In this document: piece by piece, positions 17,401 through 32,400 of the stretch
Numbering within the stretch: the first letter of the stretch is position 1
Layout: every line of letters begins with the position of its first letter
Assembly (NCBI RefSeq): GCF_964355755.1
Contig: NC_092676.1
Coordinates: forward strand, 8,037,888-8,101,887
Length of the DNA stretch: 64,000 nt
From: Antedon mediterranea
Lineage: Eukaryota; Animalia; Echinodermata
Direction: 5' to 3'
Made by a program: the position numbers and the translations under genes
The notes under the pieces: model-generated
Seen by the model: only the letters and a program-made list of their open reading frames with translations
Database searches by the model: none
What the model was told of the DNA's origin: nothing

Positions 17401-20400
17401 GCAACAACTCCTTGCCAAAGTCTTCCAATATAAACTAATTTTGTACCAATATTGTAGATATTAAAACAGCTATATACAAGTATGGCATTATTAATATGCC
17501 CTTTGTAAATCATTGAGTTTTAACCATCTAGTAGATTACAACATACTTCCAGAATGTTCTATTCTATTTTGTTTCTATATGTTGCAGACACTACAGTCTT
17601 TTATCAAAAATACCAGAATAAACAATTGGTACAAATTATGTAAAATAACACATTCTGAAAAAGATTTTTTTTGTAAACTCTACAAAGTACTGTATAATTT
17701 ATTTGTTTAGTTTTAGTAAGTGTTATCCAACAATAATACTTTTGCAATGAACGTTAGTGCTTTAATATTATCTCCATGCATCAAGGTAAATAAACTATCA
17801 GATTAATCTGACTGGAAAGAATTACTAACAACATACTAGCTGATTTGGATTATCTCAAGTCTAAAACAACAAATCCTCATTATTACATGAGTAAGGATAA
17901 GCAAAATAAATAGCAATAAACCCTTTCACTGCGTATACCCAGTACTAGACGAACCTTTTGCCCACCAAACAACACAAAAATAATTACAAAATTATTTCAT
18001 TTATTTTTTTTGCAATTTATTAAAATCACATTTTTTTCTTAAATAAATATTACGCACATACAGTAGTACTGTCAGTGTCTACACTATCAAACTTTATGTC
18101 ACAAAAAATGTGATGTGCCCATATATTGACACAATATTTGGGCATATTATCACTACGATATTTGGGAATTTTGTCAAACTAGTTTGATAGTGTAGACAGA
18201 GTTGAGACAGTATACTTTAATTCTCACAAGTTGGGAGATACTGTTTACAATATTGCTTTGTTTTTTAGTTTAGTTTCCACGATTCCAATTAATGACTGTG
18301 TAACTTTATCGTCAATAACGTCATTGATTCCTATTAAACAAAACTTCATTTCATTTAAATTTGCAGATGCATGTTCAATGTTTCCATCTTCAAGAAATAT
18401 TTTTGCTTTTATATAAAATATGAAAATTATTGGATTCATGCTAAACAGTGTACGAGAACTCTTAACAAGTTTACATACATCCTCGTCAATAGCCCAAGCA
18501 GTAGTGTCCAAATATATTGTACGATCTATTGATATTTTTCTAAGTTTATTCAATAGATCTTTGTCTCTTTTTATTTCATCAAGTACTGGTTCAAACTTTA
18601 CCAGCATCTCTTTCAGTTTTTCCTGTTTACCCATTAAGTAATAATATTTAATGACATTAATTTGAGTACCTACACATTTGTGGTCAGTCCATCCATCAGG
18701 GTACACAAGGTTTGATCCTAATGTATAATATTCTAATAGCTTTTGGCAATAATTAGCAAAATGTTCATAAGAGATAATGTGCTGAAATGCAGCCAACATC
18801 ATTGTATATTCATCACCTAATGTACAATACAAATGATGTATAAAAATGCTGCTGTAGCCATTTGGTACTAACTCGTCAATACATGCTAACACTGATAAAA
18901 GTATATCATCTAGTTTGAGTTTTAGTGCTTCAATTGGATGAAATCCAAGATTCGACATACTGTACATGCTAGTAGAATTAAATCAAATGCTGAAAAATGT
19001 AATGTAGTTAAACGATTTAATTGTTTTTCAACATAAACATCCTTTGTCTTCAGTAGCAATTTGTTTATAGCATCAAGTGCAAATGGGTTCTTTAGTAAGG
19101 TACTTTCCATTCTTGTATAGTCTGTAAAACTATTGGTCTTTGGGAGGTTCAGTATCTGCAGACAAGTATCCACAAAGGATGTATCCATAACTGCTATACC
19201 AGACATAACTTTACACCAAAGATCTCTTTTAACTGCCTTCAATAGAACTATCACATCTTCACAGCGATCTTTTGGTAAATGTCCAATTAAGTTTTGTTGA
19301 GGAATAAAATAATGAGGAATGTACTTATGTTGGTAGCAATATATTAGCCAATCAAGCGTCTTCCTGATCAAGTACATAGTGCTATGACCTTTAGAAGAAA
19401 TCATCTCACACATCCAGAAGCAAGCAGTCTTGATGAAGTAAGAACAGAATGGTGTTGGTGTATCAGATTCACTGTATAAATCAAGATACCTGTTCTTTAT
19501 TGCTTTAAGGGCACACATGCACCTGGCATATGGTTCACAAAGTTCAAAACAAAGTTCTCTTTCAGCTAGAGAAAATGACAATCTCCATTAAATTTCTTTT
19601 GACGAGCTACTTGGATGACCAACACCCACAACCAGAATTTTAAGATCAGAAATCTTTCTTAATAACTCACTTGATGGCCAGTTATTTAGTCTTTTTCTTG
19701 TGAAAAATTCTTCAGAAAACAACGGCCATGACTGGCATTTCAAACAGCATGTCACATCTTGCGTATAGTTATCATTATAGGATACTTCCATTGAAGGTCC
19801 ATGTCTTCTAGGTGTAGTAGAGGCATTAACTGGATTGAATCTGCCAGCCTTTATAATCTCATTGGTCACTATATACCCCTCATCATCAACAATATTGATT
19901 AAGGGCGCATGCAAAGGTATGTTACTGTTTACTTTAAGCTTTAAATAAACTGGTTCATTTGGATTCAGCTCAGCTATTACATAACCACCTTCATGATGCA
20001 TCCTTTCTGGTTCAAACTGCCACAGCACAATTGGAGTATTGTTAAAAATTAACATGATATCTTGATCTCCACAAAATGTTGCAGGCATTGCTTCAAATCT
20101 ACTCCCTACATTATACTGTTGATGTGGCAGCCATGATAACTGTTGTCTGAAAGCAACATCCAATATTTTCTGTTCTATTCTATTGTAAGCAACGTCAAGA
20201 AATTGAGAAGCCACTGTCCGGTTAAGAAGCTCATTCGCAACTTCATCTACATTGTCTTGGTTATATTTATCAATACATTTCAAGTTTAAGAGACATTCTA
20301 TTATCCAAGGTCCAATAAATAGTACATATACACCTGTAGTTGTTTCCAATAATGTTTTGCATAGGTAGAATAGAAGTATATCAACAGTAATCTTAAACAG

Positions 20401-23400
20401 TGCATAAATATACTTGTTTTGAAGAATTCTACAAACAGCAGAAACTGCTTCAATTATAGTAAACATATTCACAAAGGCAATACAAATGGAAAATAAATGT
20501 TAATATGAATTTTTCACAATCTAAATTTATTTGGCACAACTTCCAAAATGCTCGTTTGTTCTATAAACAGGTATAATATGGATGGAACTGTGGATTTTAT
20601 ACAGCTTTATAATATAGGTATTTCATGTTAACCTCATTGCTAACTCCTTTTGATGCATGATATTCTTTATTATGAAAACAGTAGCATACTGGTATCCTAG
20701 CACACTAGTATTGTTTGGCTATAAAAAGTTCAGTCTGACCCCTAGTTTAAGATATTTAAACAACATTTTTTCCCCAGAAGAAGTCTGTATTTTAAAATAC
20801 AGACTTCTGGAGAAAAAAAAGTGGTTTTTTTTTTAATTTTATATTATTTTATGTATCAAGCAGACTTTTACTTTTAATTAATCTATGAATGAGAAAACTA
20901 TTAACACACATTTTTCATATATCCTTTGTTTAATTCTCCAAAATTAGAAAAGAATACAGTATTTGTCATTTATCCTATAATGGAAAAGTGATTTTGATTT
21001 GAATAATAATCTAGGTTTAAATAATTGAGCTATTATCAATAATGAGAGATAATTTCTTGAAAAGGTATTACTCATAGGATAAGCAGAATATAAACAAGAC
21101 TGAAAATGAAGATTAAAGAAAGTGAATGAATAATTTTTTTTGCACACATATTTTGTTTTTCAAACGTTTGTATTTACATGAAATAAAGTCTGTCTATAGT
21201 CTTTAGAATTGTATGTACTACCGGTAGTACCCTTTCTTACCACCTATGAAATTTGGAATTTATAACTTTAAACTTTGCCAACCATAAATTAAAATGTCAC
21301 TGATCTTGATCTGCCAATGCTTTGTTTAATTTCGTTTCTATGATTTTAATTATTGACTGTGCTACTTTCATACCCCATCTTAATTTAAAACTTAAACAAA
21401 ACTTCATGTCATTTACATATACAGATGCACCTTCAATGTCTCCATTTTTAAGTATTATTTTTGCTTTTAAATATAATATAAAAATGATTGGATTCATCCA
21501 AAATCCACAAGAACAATTTTTGAGAAGTTCAGCTATTTCTTCATCAATAGCCCAAGGAGTAGTACCAAAAATCATCTTTTTTAATACCAATACTTTTCTC
21601 AGTCTACACCACATTTCTTTGTCTCTTTTTATTTCATCAAGTACTGGTTCAAACTTTGCCAGGATCTCTTTTAGTTTTTCATGTTTACCCATTAAGTAAT
21701 AATATTTAATCACATGAATTTGGGTACTTATAGATCTGTGGTCAGTCCAACCATCAGGGTACACAAGCTTTGATCCTAATGTATAATAATCTAATGGTTT
21801 TTGCATAAAATTATCTGAGATATGATAAGAGGGATGTGCTTTCTGTAATGCTGCCAATAATTGTGTATATTCGTCACCGAACATACAACATAAATTATGT
21901 ATAAATATGATTCTGTAACCTTTTGGTACTAACTCATTGATACATGCTAAGATTGAAAAAAGTATATTGTCATAGGAATGGAGGTTAAGTAAACTAACAA
22001 ACAATGTGGATTCCCCATGTTGAATTTCTTCAAACCTTAATCCTGAAAATTCTAATGCAGTTAAATAATATAATTGTTTCTCAACGTAAAGATCAGTCCC
22101 TTGCCGTACCAATTTAATAATAGCATCAAGCGCAAATGAGCTCTTTAGTAGGGTACACTTTCGACTTTTAAAGTCATTAAAAGAAGAAGCGTTCATAAAG
22201 TTACTGTTTTCAAGTGCGCTGACACTTTGCATTACATTACACCAAAGATGTCTTTTAACTTCTATTAACATAACTGTCACATGGTCACAATGTTCATTTG
22301 ATAAATGTCCAATTAAATTTTGTTGAGGAATAAAATAATGAGGAAGGTATTTCTTTTGATAGCAATCTATCAGCCAATCAAGTGTCTTCCTGATCAAGTC
22401 CATAGTGCTATGACCTTTAGAAGGAACTGTCTCACACATCCAGAAGCAAGCTGTCTTAATAAAGTAAGAACAGAATGGTGTTGGTGAATCAGTTTTACTA
22501 TACAAAATAAGATGCTTTTTCATTGCTTTAAAGGCACACATGCACCTGGCATATGGCTCATAAAGTTCAAAACACAGTTCTCTTTCAGCTTGAGAAAATG
22601 ATAATCTCCATTCAGTATCGTTTGATGTGCTACTTGGGTGTCCAATATTAACGACAAAAAGATTAAGTTTAGAAATCTTTCTTAATAACTCACTTGATGG
22701 CCAGTTATATAGTCTTTTTCTTGAAAAAAATTCTTCAGAATACAAGGGCCATGACTGGCATTTCAAACACACTGTGAAATCATGTGTATAGTTATCACTA
22801 TAGTTACCACTAAATGATATTTCTATTGAAGGACCATGTCTCCTTACAGGATTGATTAGATTATAGTCCGCTATTAAATAATCGGTCACTATATATCCAT
22901 CCTTAACCATTATTAAGGACTCGTGTACAGTTCTATTGCTCAATACTTTAAGCTTTAAATAAACTGGTTGATTTGGATTCTGCTCAGCTATTACATAACC
23001 AACCTCATGATACATCCTTTCTGGTTCAAATGGCCACAGCACAACAGGAAATTCCAACGATGTTACCATGAAATCACTATCTCCACACGTGCTTAGAGGC
23101 ATTGCTTCAAACGCACTCCCTACATAATACTCTTTAAAGGACATATGATAAAATCCTCTATAAACAACATCTGATACTTTCTGGTTAATTCTACTGAAAG
23201 CAATGTGAAGATATCGAGATAACATCATGTTTCTAAGAAGCAGAACTGCAATTTGATCAACGTCTTCTTGTATTGATTTATTCCTCTTAGATATTGCACT
23301 ACTTAAGCAAATACGAATAATTATTCCAAATGCAAAATATACAGTACATAGTAACAGCATACTTAATATAATCAGCATAAACAAATCTTTTACAGTTAAT

Positions 23401-26400
23401 AAAAGCATACTGAAAAAGACAAAACTAAAGGAATAACTTGTTTGCCACTCCAAATGTTTGTTCCAATATAAACGTTTTGGTGGACTTTACAATACAGCTA
23501 TATATAGAACTGCTTCAATACAACAATGTAAATTATTTAGTAAAGTTTGACTATAGAATTACAATAGGTTCCATAGTAGTAAAGTATTATCCAGCAATAA
23601 TACTTTTGCAATGAACATTGGTACATATAATAGTATTATTCAAGCTAAGAAAAACCTGCCATTATTTCCTGTCAAGGTTAGCAGATTTGCCATCCTAACA
23701 CTGTACACTTCTTGAAATAAGTTTTTTTGTGGCCCGAATTTTGGCCACGATGGCAGCCACAGATTGCCATCAGAATTTTTATGGCTGCCAAATTGATATA
23801 AACTGTATTTATAATGCCTATTAAATAACCTTTACAAACATTTTAGAGTAAATATACCCTCCTGATCACATATTAATTCAGTATGCGACTCAAAATCCAA
23901 GATTGCCATCAAAATTAAAAATGTCTGCCAAACTGATCTACAGTAAATTGTATTTATAATGCATACTAGAATGCCTGTCTAAACAGTTTTGAGACAAATT
24001 TATATACAACAGGGACAGAACATTAATTCTAAACTGTTCAGTTTAATTAAATTAATTAATATGAAACTATCTGAGAAAATCTGTGGAATGACAAAAACTA
24101 TTCGCCCCATATGCAGTATATGCATAGCACACTCGTTGAGTTTGTGCACTCTTTTGTGTTCATAATCAGTGTACCATGTCCCACATAACTGTCTCATCTT
24201 ATTGTGTCCTGCGGTACATATCATTTCGAAACCTGAGCTGCACTGAAAAGATTTATTTATTCAAGACAGGGGGTGGGGTCTAGGTATTGGAAATGATGTT
24301 CTATGTGGGCTGCGTTCATTCAAATGATATTCAATGTGGGGGGAGGGGGGTGCTGGGCAAGTTTATTCGAGGAGGGGGAATTTATTTAAAGCGGGGCATT
24401 TATTCGAATAAATACAGTATATTAAATAATATCACTATTTCTGGTGTTAAGATTTGAACTTTCACATTACACAAGGTATAATGTACATTTTAAATCCTTC
24501 ATAATTTATTGTAATACAGTATTAATATATTTAACTGAGCATTCTTGTACTTTTTGTTACTGTATACCATTCCTAGTGTACATGCCAATGAGGCAGATGT
24601 TGATATGTTTTTGTTTGTATTTTAATAATGTTGACTCCTATTTGTTCACTCATGTCTTATTCACCCAACAATAGGCTACGATCAAAACAGATTGTAATTT
24701 ATTTTTAATGATGATTTTATAATCTATATATAAATTATGGTTAATTCTGACATAGGCGAGCACAATGCAAAAACTTCGGTACAAATCTCCGCCTTGGATA
24801 CCTACCTTATCTATCTCAGATGTACCGCGAAACATAGATTTGATAACATTGGTTTTCACATCGACGCTATTGTTCCATATTTCTATCTTAGGAAGATATT
24901 ATAAAGGGTTTTATAAGAAATTTTCTGATTTCAATCGGTAAATTTTAACTCTACGCGCGGTAGAAGTAATTTCCGGGTTCACGGTAAGGTGTTGGTTTCA
25001 ACTACCTGTTTCAACTAAGTTGGCCGTTGGTGCTTGGTGGCGATAGCCATTTTGGTTTTTTGTTTATTTTCGGACCGCGCGTGTGAAGGTATAGTAGTAC
25101 ATAAAGATCAAATTAAATACATTTATGAAACATAGGAGTAAATTGTGGGAAATAATTGTATAAAATTACATTACATCGAGAGAATTGATGATAAGAGCTT
25201 TTGTTTTGAAATTGAATGAAACCCCGATAGCCGAGTTGTTGAGTAAGCTGCCAGGACTTTATGTATACTGTGCGCTATCTGTGTCCCGTCAGGACTTCTG
25301 TCCATGTTGCAAGTCGTCTAAAACGTCTTCCTTCTTAGGCCACTGTGTCACGGAATAATGTATTAATTATACCAATTAGGATGGTATTTATTTGAATAAA
25401 CGCCCGGAACACCTCCCCAATAAAACATCAATTAAAATAATTATCTCTTATCTATATGATTTACATGAGGATAGGCAAAACATAACATAATTAAACAGTA
25501 TTGAAACATGAGAAGAATGATACTTTGAAAAAATTTATCTCTGTTGTCAATTTTTTTGGTACAGTATCTACAATATGGCATTGTTTAGTTTATTTTCCAC
25601 AATTTCAATTAACGACTGTGTCCTATCTTTTTCCACACTATCGTCATAAATGAAATTTCAAATAATCTTAATGTCATTTAAATTTGCAAATGCACTTTCA
25701 ATGTTTCTATCCTAAGCATTATTTTTGCTTGTATACAATATGAAAACTACAGGGTTTATAACAAATGGTTGATGTAAATTGTTGACAAGTTCAGATATAT
25801 CCTTATCAATACCATCAAATCGTATTTGTGTTACAAGTACTTTTCTCAGTCTAAAACACATCCTTGTCTCTTTTTATTTCATCAAGTACTGGTTGAAACT
25901 TTGTCAGCATCTCCAAAAATGTTTCCTGTTTACCCATTAAATAATAATATTTAATGACATTAATTTGTGTACCTACACATTTGTGGTCAGTCCATCCATC
26001 AGGGTACACAAGGTTTGATCCTAATGTATAATAAGCTAGTGGTTTATGCAGAAAATAAGCATGTAAACCAACAAGAAAAGTGTGCTGTATTATTGCTAAT
26101 AATTCTGTATATCCATCACCTAAACAACAACATAAATTATGTATAAAAATGATTCTGTAACCTTTTGGAACTAACATGCTAAGATTGAAAAAAGTATATC
26201 ATCTAGATGGAAGGGGCGTCTAGAAAACTCAGATCTCCGATATTATATTTTACAAATATTTGATTTATGTACAATTAACCAGATATTATATTTAAATTTC
26301 ATGCCTGTACCTGAGCTTTAAGATATTTAAAGAAATTTGTATTTTCCAGAAGTCTATATTAAAATACAGACTTTTAGTGAAAAAAATCTGTTTTTTTCAC

Positions 26401-29400
26401 GCTGCTGCTCTAGCCAGCTACGTCTCATGAGGACTACTAATTCAGAAGCTAAAGCAAGCAGCAGTTATAGTATCTAAGGCCGACAGTTTTGCAACTTTGT
26501 AAACTCGACTTTAATTTATAGATCCCAGCTGCTGGACCCAAAAAATTTCTGGAAAAGAGAGCCTATGAGGGCTCACGGTTGAATGATTTTGGATTCTCGC
26601 TCTATGATTGGTTGACGCGAATCAACAGACTGAGAAGAATTTCTCACTTGTACCGCCATGAAGTCACGTTGTCTCTAGATGGTATTCAGTTCAATGCCAA
26701 GCAGCGTTTTGTGTAATATTTCTTGTTTAATTTTTTTATTATTTAATTGTATTTTATGTATCAAACAGACTTTTACTTTTAATTAATCTATTTAAAGAGA
26801 AAAATATTAACACACATTTTTCACATATCTTTTGTTTAATTCTCCAAATTAGAAAAAAAAACAGTATTTGTCATTTATCCTACAAATTGAAAAGTAATTA
26901 AACACTGATTTTAATTTGAATAATAATCTAAGTTTAAATAATTAAGCTACAGTATATCTCACCAATGAAAATTATTAAAAGTAAAATACTCATTATTATA
27001 AAGAAAGTAAACATGAATAATATTTGTATTAACTATTACCACATTGACATTCCCTTTTAAAATCAATGATGCTTGAAATACTGAAAACATCTCCACCCTT
27101 AGCTTTTCACTGTTACAATATATAATTTGTTTAATACACTGAAATGGTATCAAAACATAGAAGAATCTTTGGAAACAACTAGATACTAAAACCTCTAAAA
27201 TGGGCTAAGTTGCTCACCATTAGCGTGATGGTGTTGGATCCTGTTGGATCCTGTGATCAGCCTAACACACTGAGCCACACCCATTAGATTAGGTTTCAGC
27301 TTTGTCTAACTTAATTTACCTTGTACAACTTCAATCAATGACTGTGTCACTTCTCGTTCCCTCATCGAAAAACATACATCTAAACAAAATTTCATGTCAT
27401 CTAAATTTGCAAATCTCCTTTCAATGTCTTCATTCTCAAGCAAAATTGTTGCTTTTATATAACATATAAAAAATATTGGGTTTATACAAAATTCATTGTG
27501 TAAGTTGAGAAATTCAGATATATCTTCATCAATGAACCAACCAGTAGTATCAGAGAATTCTTTTGCAACCCATATTTTTCTCAACCTACATAACATATGC
27601 CTGTCTCTTTTTATTTCATCAAGTACTGGTTCAAAATTTGCCAGCATCTCTTTCACTTTTTCATGTTTACCCATTAAGTAATAATATTTAATCCTATTAA
27701 TTTGTTCACCTATGCATCTTTGGTCAGTCCAACCATCAGGGTACACAAGGTTTGATCCTAATATATAATAAGCTAATGGCTTATGGAGGTGATTATCAAG
27801 ATTATGACAGGCATTAGGCTGTAATGCTGCTAACAACATTGTATATCCATCCCCTAACGTACAATACAAATGATGATTAAAAATGATGCTGTAGCCTTTT
27901 GGCACTAACTCATCAATACATGATGAGATTGAAAATAATATGTCATCTAGTTTCTGTGTTTCTAATGAAAGAAATTCATAATCCTTTAATTCAACCAATT
28001 GCAAGATTGGAAAACGTAATGTAGTTAAAACTGTATTTACTTTCATGCTTATGTAACCATTTACTTTCTCCGTCATTTTTATAATATCCTTAAATGCAAA
28101 TTGGTTCTTTAGCAATTTAGACTCAAGTCTTGTAAAATCACTACTATTGGTTGTTGAGATGTCCTTTTCCAGGAAAGTACTCATAAAGGGATCATTATCA
28201 ATAGCAATACTTGATATAACTCTACACCAAATATCTTCTTTAACTTTCTTTAAAAAGACTATCACATCTTCACAACGTTCCTTTGATAAATGTCCAATTA
28301 AATTTTGTTGCGGAATGAAATAATGAGGAAGGTGTTTTTGTTGAAAGCAATCTATCAGCCAATCAAGCGTCTTCCTTATCAAGTCCATAGTGCTATGACC
28401 TTTAGAAGGAGCTGTCTCACACATCCAGAAGCAAGCTGTCTTAATAAAGTAAGAACAGAATGGTGTTGGTCGATCATATTCACTATACAAGTCAAGATGT
28501 CTTTTTCTTATTGCTCTAAGGGCACATATGCACATTAAATATGGTTTACTAAGTTCAAAACAGAGTTCTTTTTCTGCTACAGAAAATGACAATCTCCATT
28601 CAATTTCTTTTGATGCGGTGCGTGGGTCTCCAACTCCAACAACCAGAAGATCAAGATCAGAAATCGTTTTTAATACCCCACTTGATGGCCAATTATATTG
28701 TCTTTTTCTTTTAAAAAATTCTTGAGAAAACCAGGGCCATGACTGGCATTTCAAGCAGAATGTATAATCTTGAGGTTTGGAATTACTACACAATACTTTC
28801 ATTGAAGGACCATGTCTTCGAAAAGAAGAAAAAGGATCGAATCCAGTAAGTTTGGTAGCCTCTATGAAATCATTGTTCACTAAATATCCATCCTTAACAG
28901 TATTTATTAAAGACTCATGCAAAGGTCTGTTACTGTTTACGTTAAGCTTTAAATAAACTGGTTCTTTTAGATTCTGCTCAGCTATTACATAACCACCTAG
29001 ATGATACATCCTTTCTATTTCAAATGGCCACAATACAACTGGATAGCGAGTATAATTACACATAAAATCTATATCTGCACAAACTTCTTTAGGCATTGAT
29101 TCAAAGTAACTTCCTACTAAATATACATGACGTGATATCCAAGGTAATTGTTGATAAACAGCATCAAATTGTTTCTGTTTAAGTCTATTTCTAGCAATGT
29201 CAAGGTGTTGAGTTGACATTACGCATTCAAGTAACATATTTGCAACTTCATCTACACGTTTTCTAATTGATTTAATATCCTCAGCTCTCATAAATATAAA
29301 TTCTATTGCCAAAAGTACAATCCATCCTATAGCTTCCCATAATGAGTTACATCGGTAGAAAAGGATAAAAATAGCAATCTCAAATCGTAGTGGATGAATA

Positions 29401-32400
29401 TGACAATCAATTTTCCAACAATCTAAGAAATATTCAATTAAAAAAAGTACAATCCATAGTAAAGACTCCGAATACGATCGATAAATGAAAACTAAAAGTG
29501 CAATCATACACTGTGTTAGGCGAAAATTTGGCTCTACGTTTAAGAGCAATGTTATTGACAAGATGATCCATTCAAATAATATAGTCTCCGATTGGTCACG
29601 TAGGTAAAAGTTAAATATAAAAACAGCAATCGAAATGCTTATTGGGCCAATATGAAAATTAATTTTCCATTTATGTATGAAAAATTCTAATGCCCGGGCT
29701 CCAATCCATAGTACATACACACCTATCGTATCTAATAACATTTCACAAAGCCAGAAGTGAATTGTATAAAATACATACAATTTAAACACTTGATACGCAT
29801 TCTCATGTTGAATAATTCCTTCAATAACAAAAAAACTGAAGATCACTAATAATTTCAATAACTCCATACTAAAAAAATGCACAATTATTTTCAGAAAATT
29901 GAAGTTGTTTGTGATAACCAAGACTGATTTTGCCACTCCCTAAATGCTTGTTTATACTAATTACCATAGAAACATTGATTATGGAACTATGTTGGATTTT
30001 CCATTGCAGCTATATATATAGTTTCGTTGATGACTTCTTTAAAACCATTGATGCATTCTTTGTTTAATACGGAAACACCACACTTAGTCGTTTCACTAAA
30101 GTCGTAATAATACATACACATAATTTTTAAAACGTGCTATTTTTCTGTGTCATTTATTTATTTGCTTTCAGTTTTAATTATAATGGATTGTTTTATAACA
30201 AAATTGTACTGTGGTCTTTTTTTATTTTATTAATAACAAGCGTGTTCCACTAAACTGGCTCAGCTTATATATTGTGCCAGTCCTGCGGTACATATTTCAA
30301 AACCTGAGCTGCACTAGTGACAAGAAAATGATGTTTAATGGGGTGGGGGGTGAAGGGGCTGGGTATAGTTTATTCGAGGAGAGGCAATTTATTCAAAGCG
30401 GGGCGTTTATTCAAATAAATACAGTATATTAAATAATATCACTTTTTCTGGTGTTAAGATTTGAACTTTCACATTGCAAGGTATAATGTACATTTTAAAT
30501 CCTTCATAATTTATTGTAATACAGTAATATATTTAACTGAGTATTCTTGTACTTTTTGTTATTGTATACCATTCCTTGTATACATGTTAATGAGGCAGAT
30601 GAGGTTGATATGTTTTGTTTGTATTTTAATTCTGTATCCTTTTAGTGTGATATCTTGTTGACTCCTATTTGTTCACTCATGTCTTATTCACCCAACAATA
30701 GGCTACGATCAAAACATGTTGTGATTTATTTTTAATGATGATTTTGTAATATACTGTACATAATACATATAAGTTGATTCACATAAGGATAAGCAAAACA
30801 TAACATAAATAGTATTGAAACATGAGAAGAATGATACTTTGAAAAAATTTATCTCTGTTGTCAATTTTTTTTTGGTACAGTACGGTATCTACAATATGGC
30901 ATTGTTTAGTTTATTTTCCACAATTTCAATTAACCACTGTGTCCTATCTTTTTCCACACTATCGTCATAAATGAAATTTAAAATAAACTTCATGTCATTT
31001 AAATTTGCAAATGCACTTTCAATGTTTCTGTCCTTAAGCATTATTTTTGCTTGTATATACAATATGAAAACTATAGGGTTTATAACAAATGGTTGATGTA
31101 AATTGTTGACAAGTTCAGATATATCCTTATCAATACCATCAAATCGTATTTGTGTTACAAGTACTTTTCTCAGTCTAAAACACATCCTTGTCTCTTTTTA
31201 TTTCATCAAGTACTGGTTGAAACTTTGTCAGCATCTCCAAAAATGTTTCCTGTTTACCCAATAATATTATTTAATGACATTAATTTGGGTACCTACACAT
31301 TTGTGGTCAGTCCAACCATCAGGGTACACAAGGTTTGATCCTAATGTATAATAAGCTAATGGCTTATGCAGAAAATAAGCATGTAAACCAACAAGAAAAG
31401 TGTGCTGTATTATTGATAATAATTCTGTATATTGATCACCTAAACAGCAACATAAATTATGTATAAAACTGATTCTGTAACCTTTTGGAACTAACTCGTC
31501 AATACATGCTAAGATTGAAAAAAAGTATATCATCTAGTTGGAGGCTAAGTGAAACAAAGTTATAAAATATAGATTCCTCAAATACAATTCCTTCTACATT
31601 AAATCCACAAAAAAATTCTAATAAAGTTAAATTATATAATTGACACTCAGTGTCAAAATCATTAGTTAAGGTTTGCAGAAATATCTTAATAGCATCAAGT
31701 GCAGATGGGTTCTTTAGTAGGGTAGACTCTAGACTTGTATAGTCACTAAAACTATTATTCTTTGGCAGGTTCAGCATCTTGAGTAAAGTATCCATAAAGG
31801 AAAACCTTTGATCAAAAACTGCAATAACACTTGACATTACTCTACTCCAAAGACCTTTTTGAAAATCCTTTAATAAAACTATCACATCTTCACTGCGTTC
31901 CTTTGATAAATGTCCAATTATATTTTTTGGAGGAATGAAATAATGAGGAAGGTATTTCTGTTGATAGCAACGTATCAGCCAATCAAGTGTCTTCCTGATT
32001 AAGTCCAGTGCTATGACCTTTAGAAGGAACTGTCTCACACATCCAAAAGCAAGCTGTCTTGATGAAGTAAGAACAGAATGGTGTTGGTGGATCAGATTCA
32101 CTGTACAAATGAAGATGTTTTTTTATGGCTTTAAGAGCACACATGCACCTGGCATATGGTTCACAAAGTTCAAAACAGAGTTCACTTTCAGCTAGAGAAA
32201 ATGATAATCGCCATTCAGTATCTTTTGATGCAGTACTTGGGTGTCCTATACCAATAACAAGAAGTTCAAGATCAGAAATTTTCCTTAATAACTCACTTGA
32301 TGGCCAGTTACTTCGTCTTTTTCTTGTGAAAAAATCCATGGTAGACAACGGCCATGACTGGCATTTCAAACATAATGTCACATCTTGCACACGTCTAGAA

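Noticed and set aside
23409-23430. Acceptor-like TTTTTCAG just before the ATG of copy C (similar in E1 and A2), suggesting Bora-cGLR fusion transcripts
   Set aside because: Bora exon 6 ends in phase 0 but the ATG lies 1 nt after the AG, so a fusion would be out of frame; the AG is also missing in B, E2 and E3.
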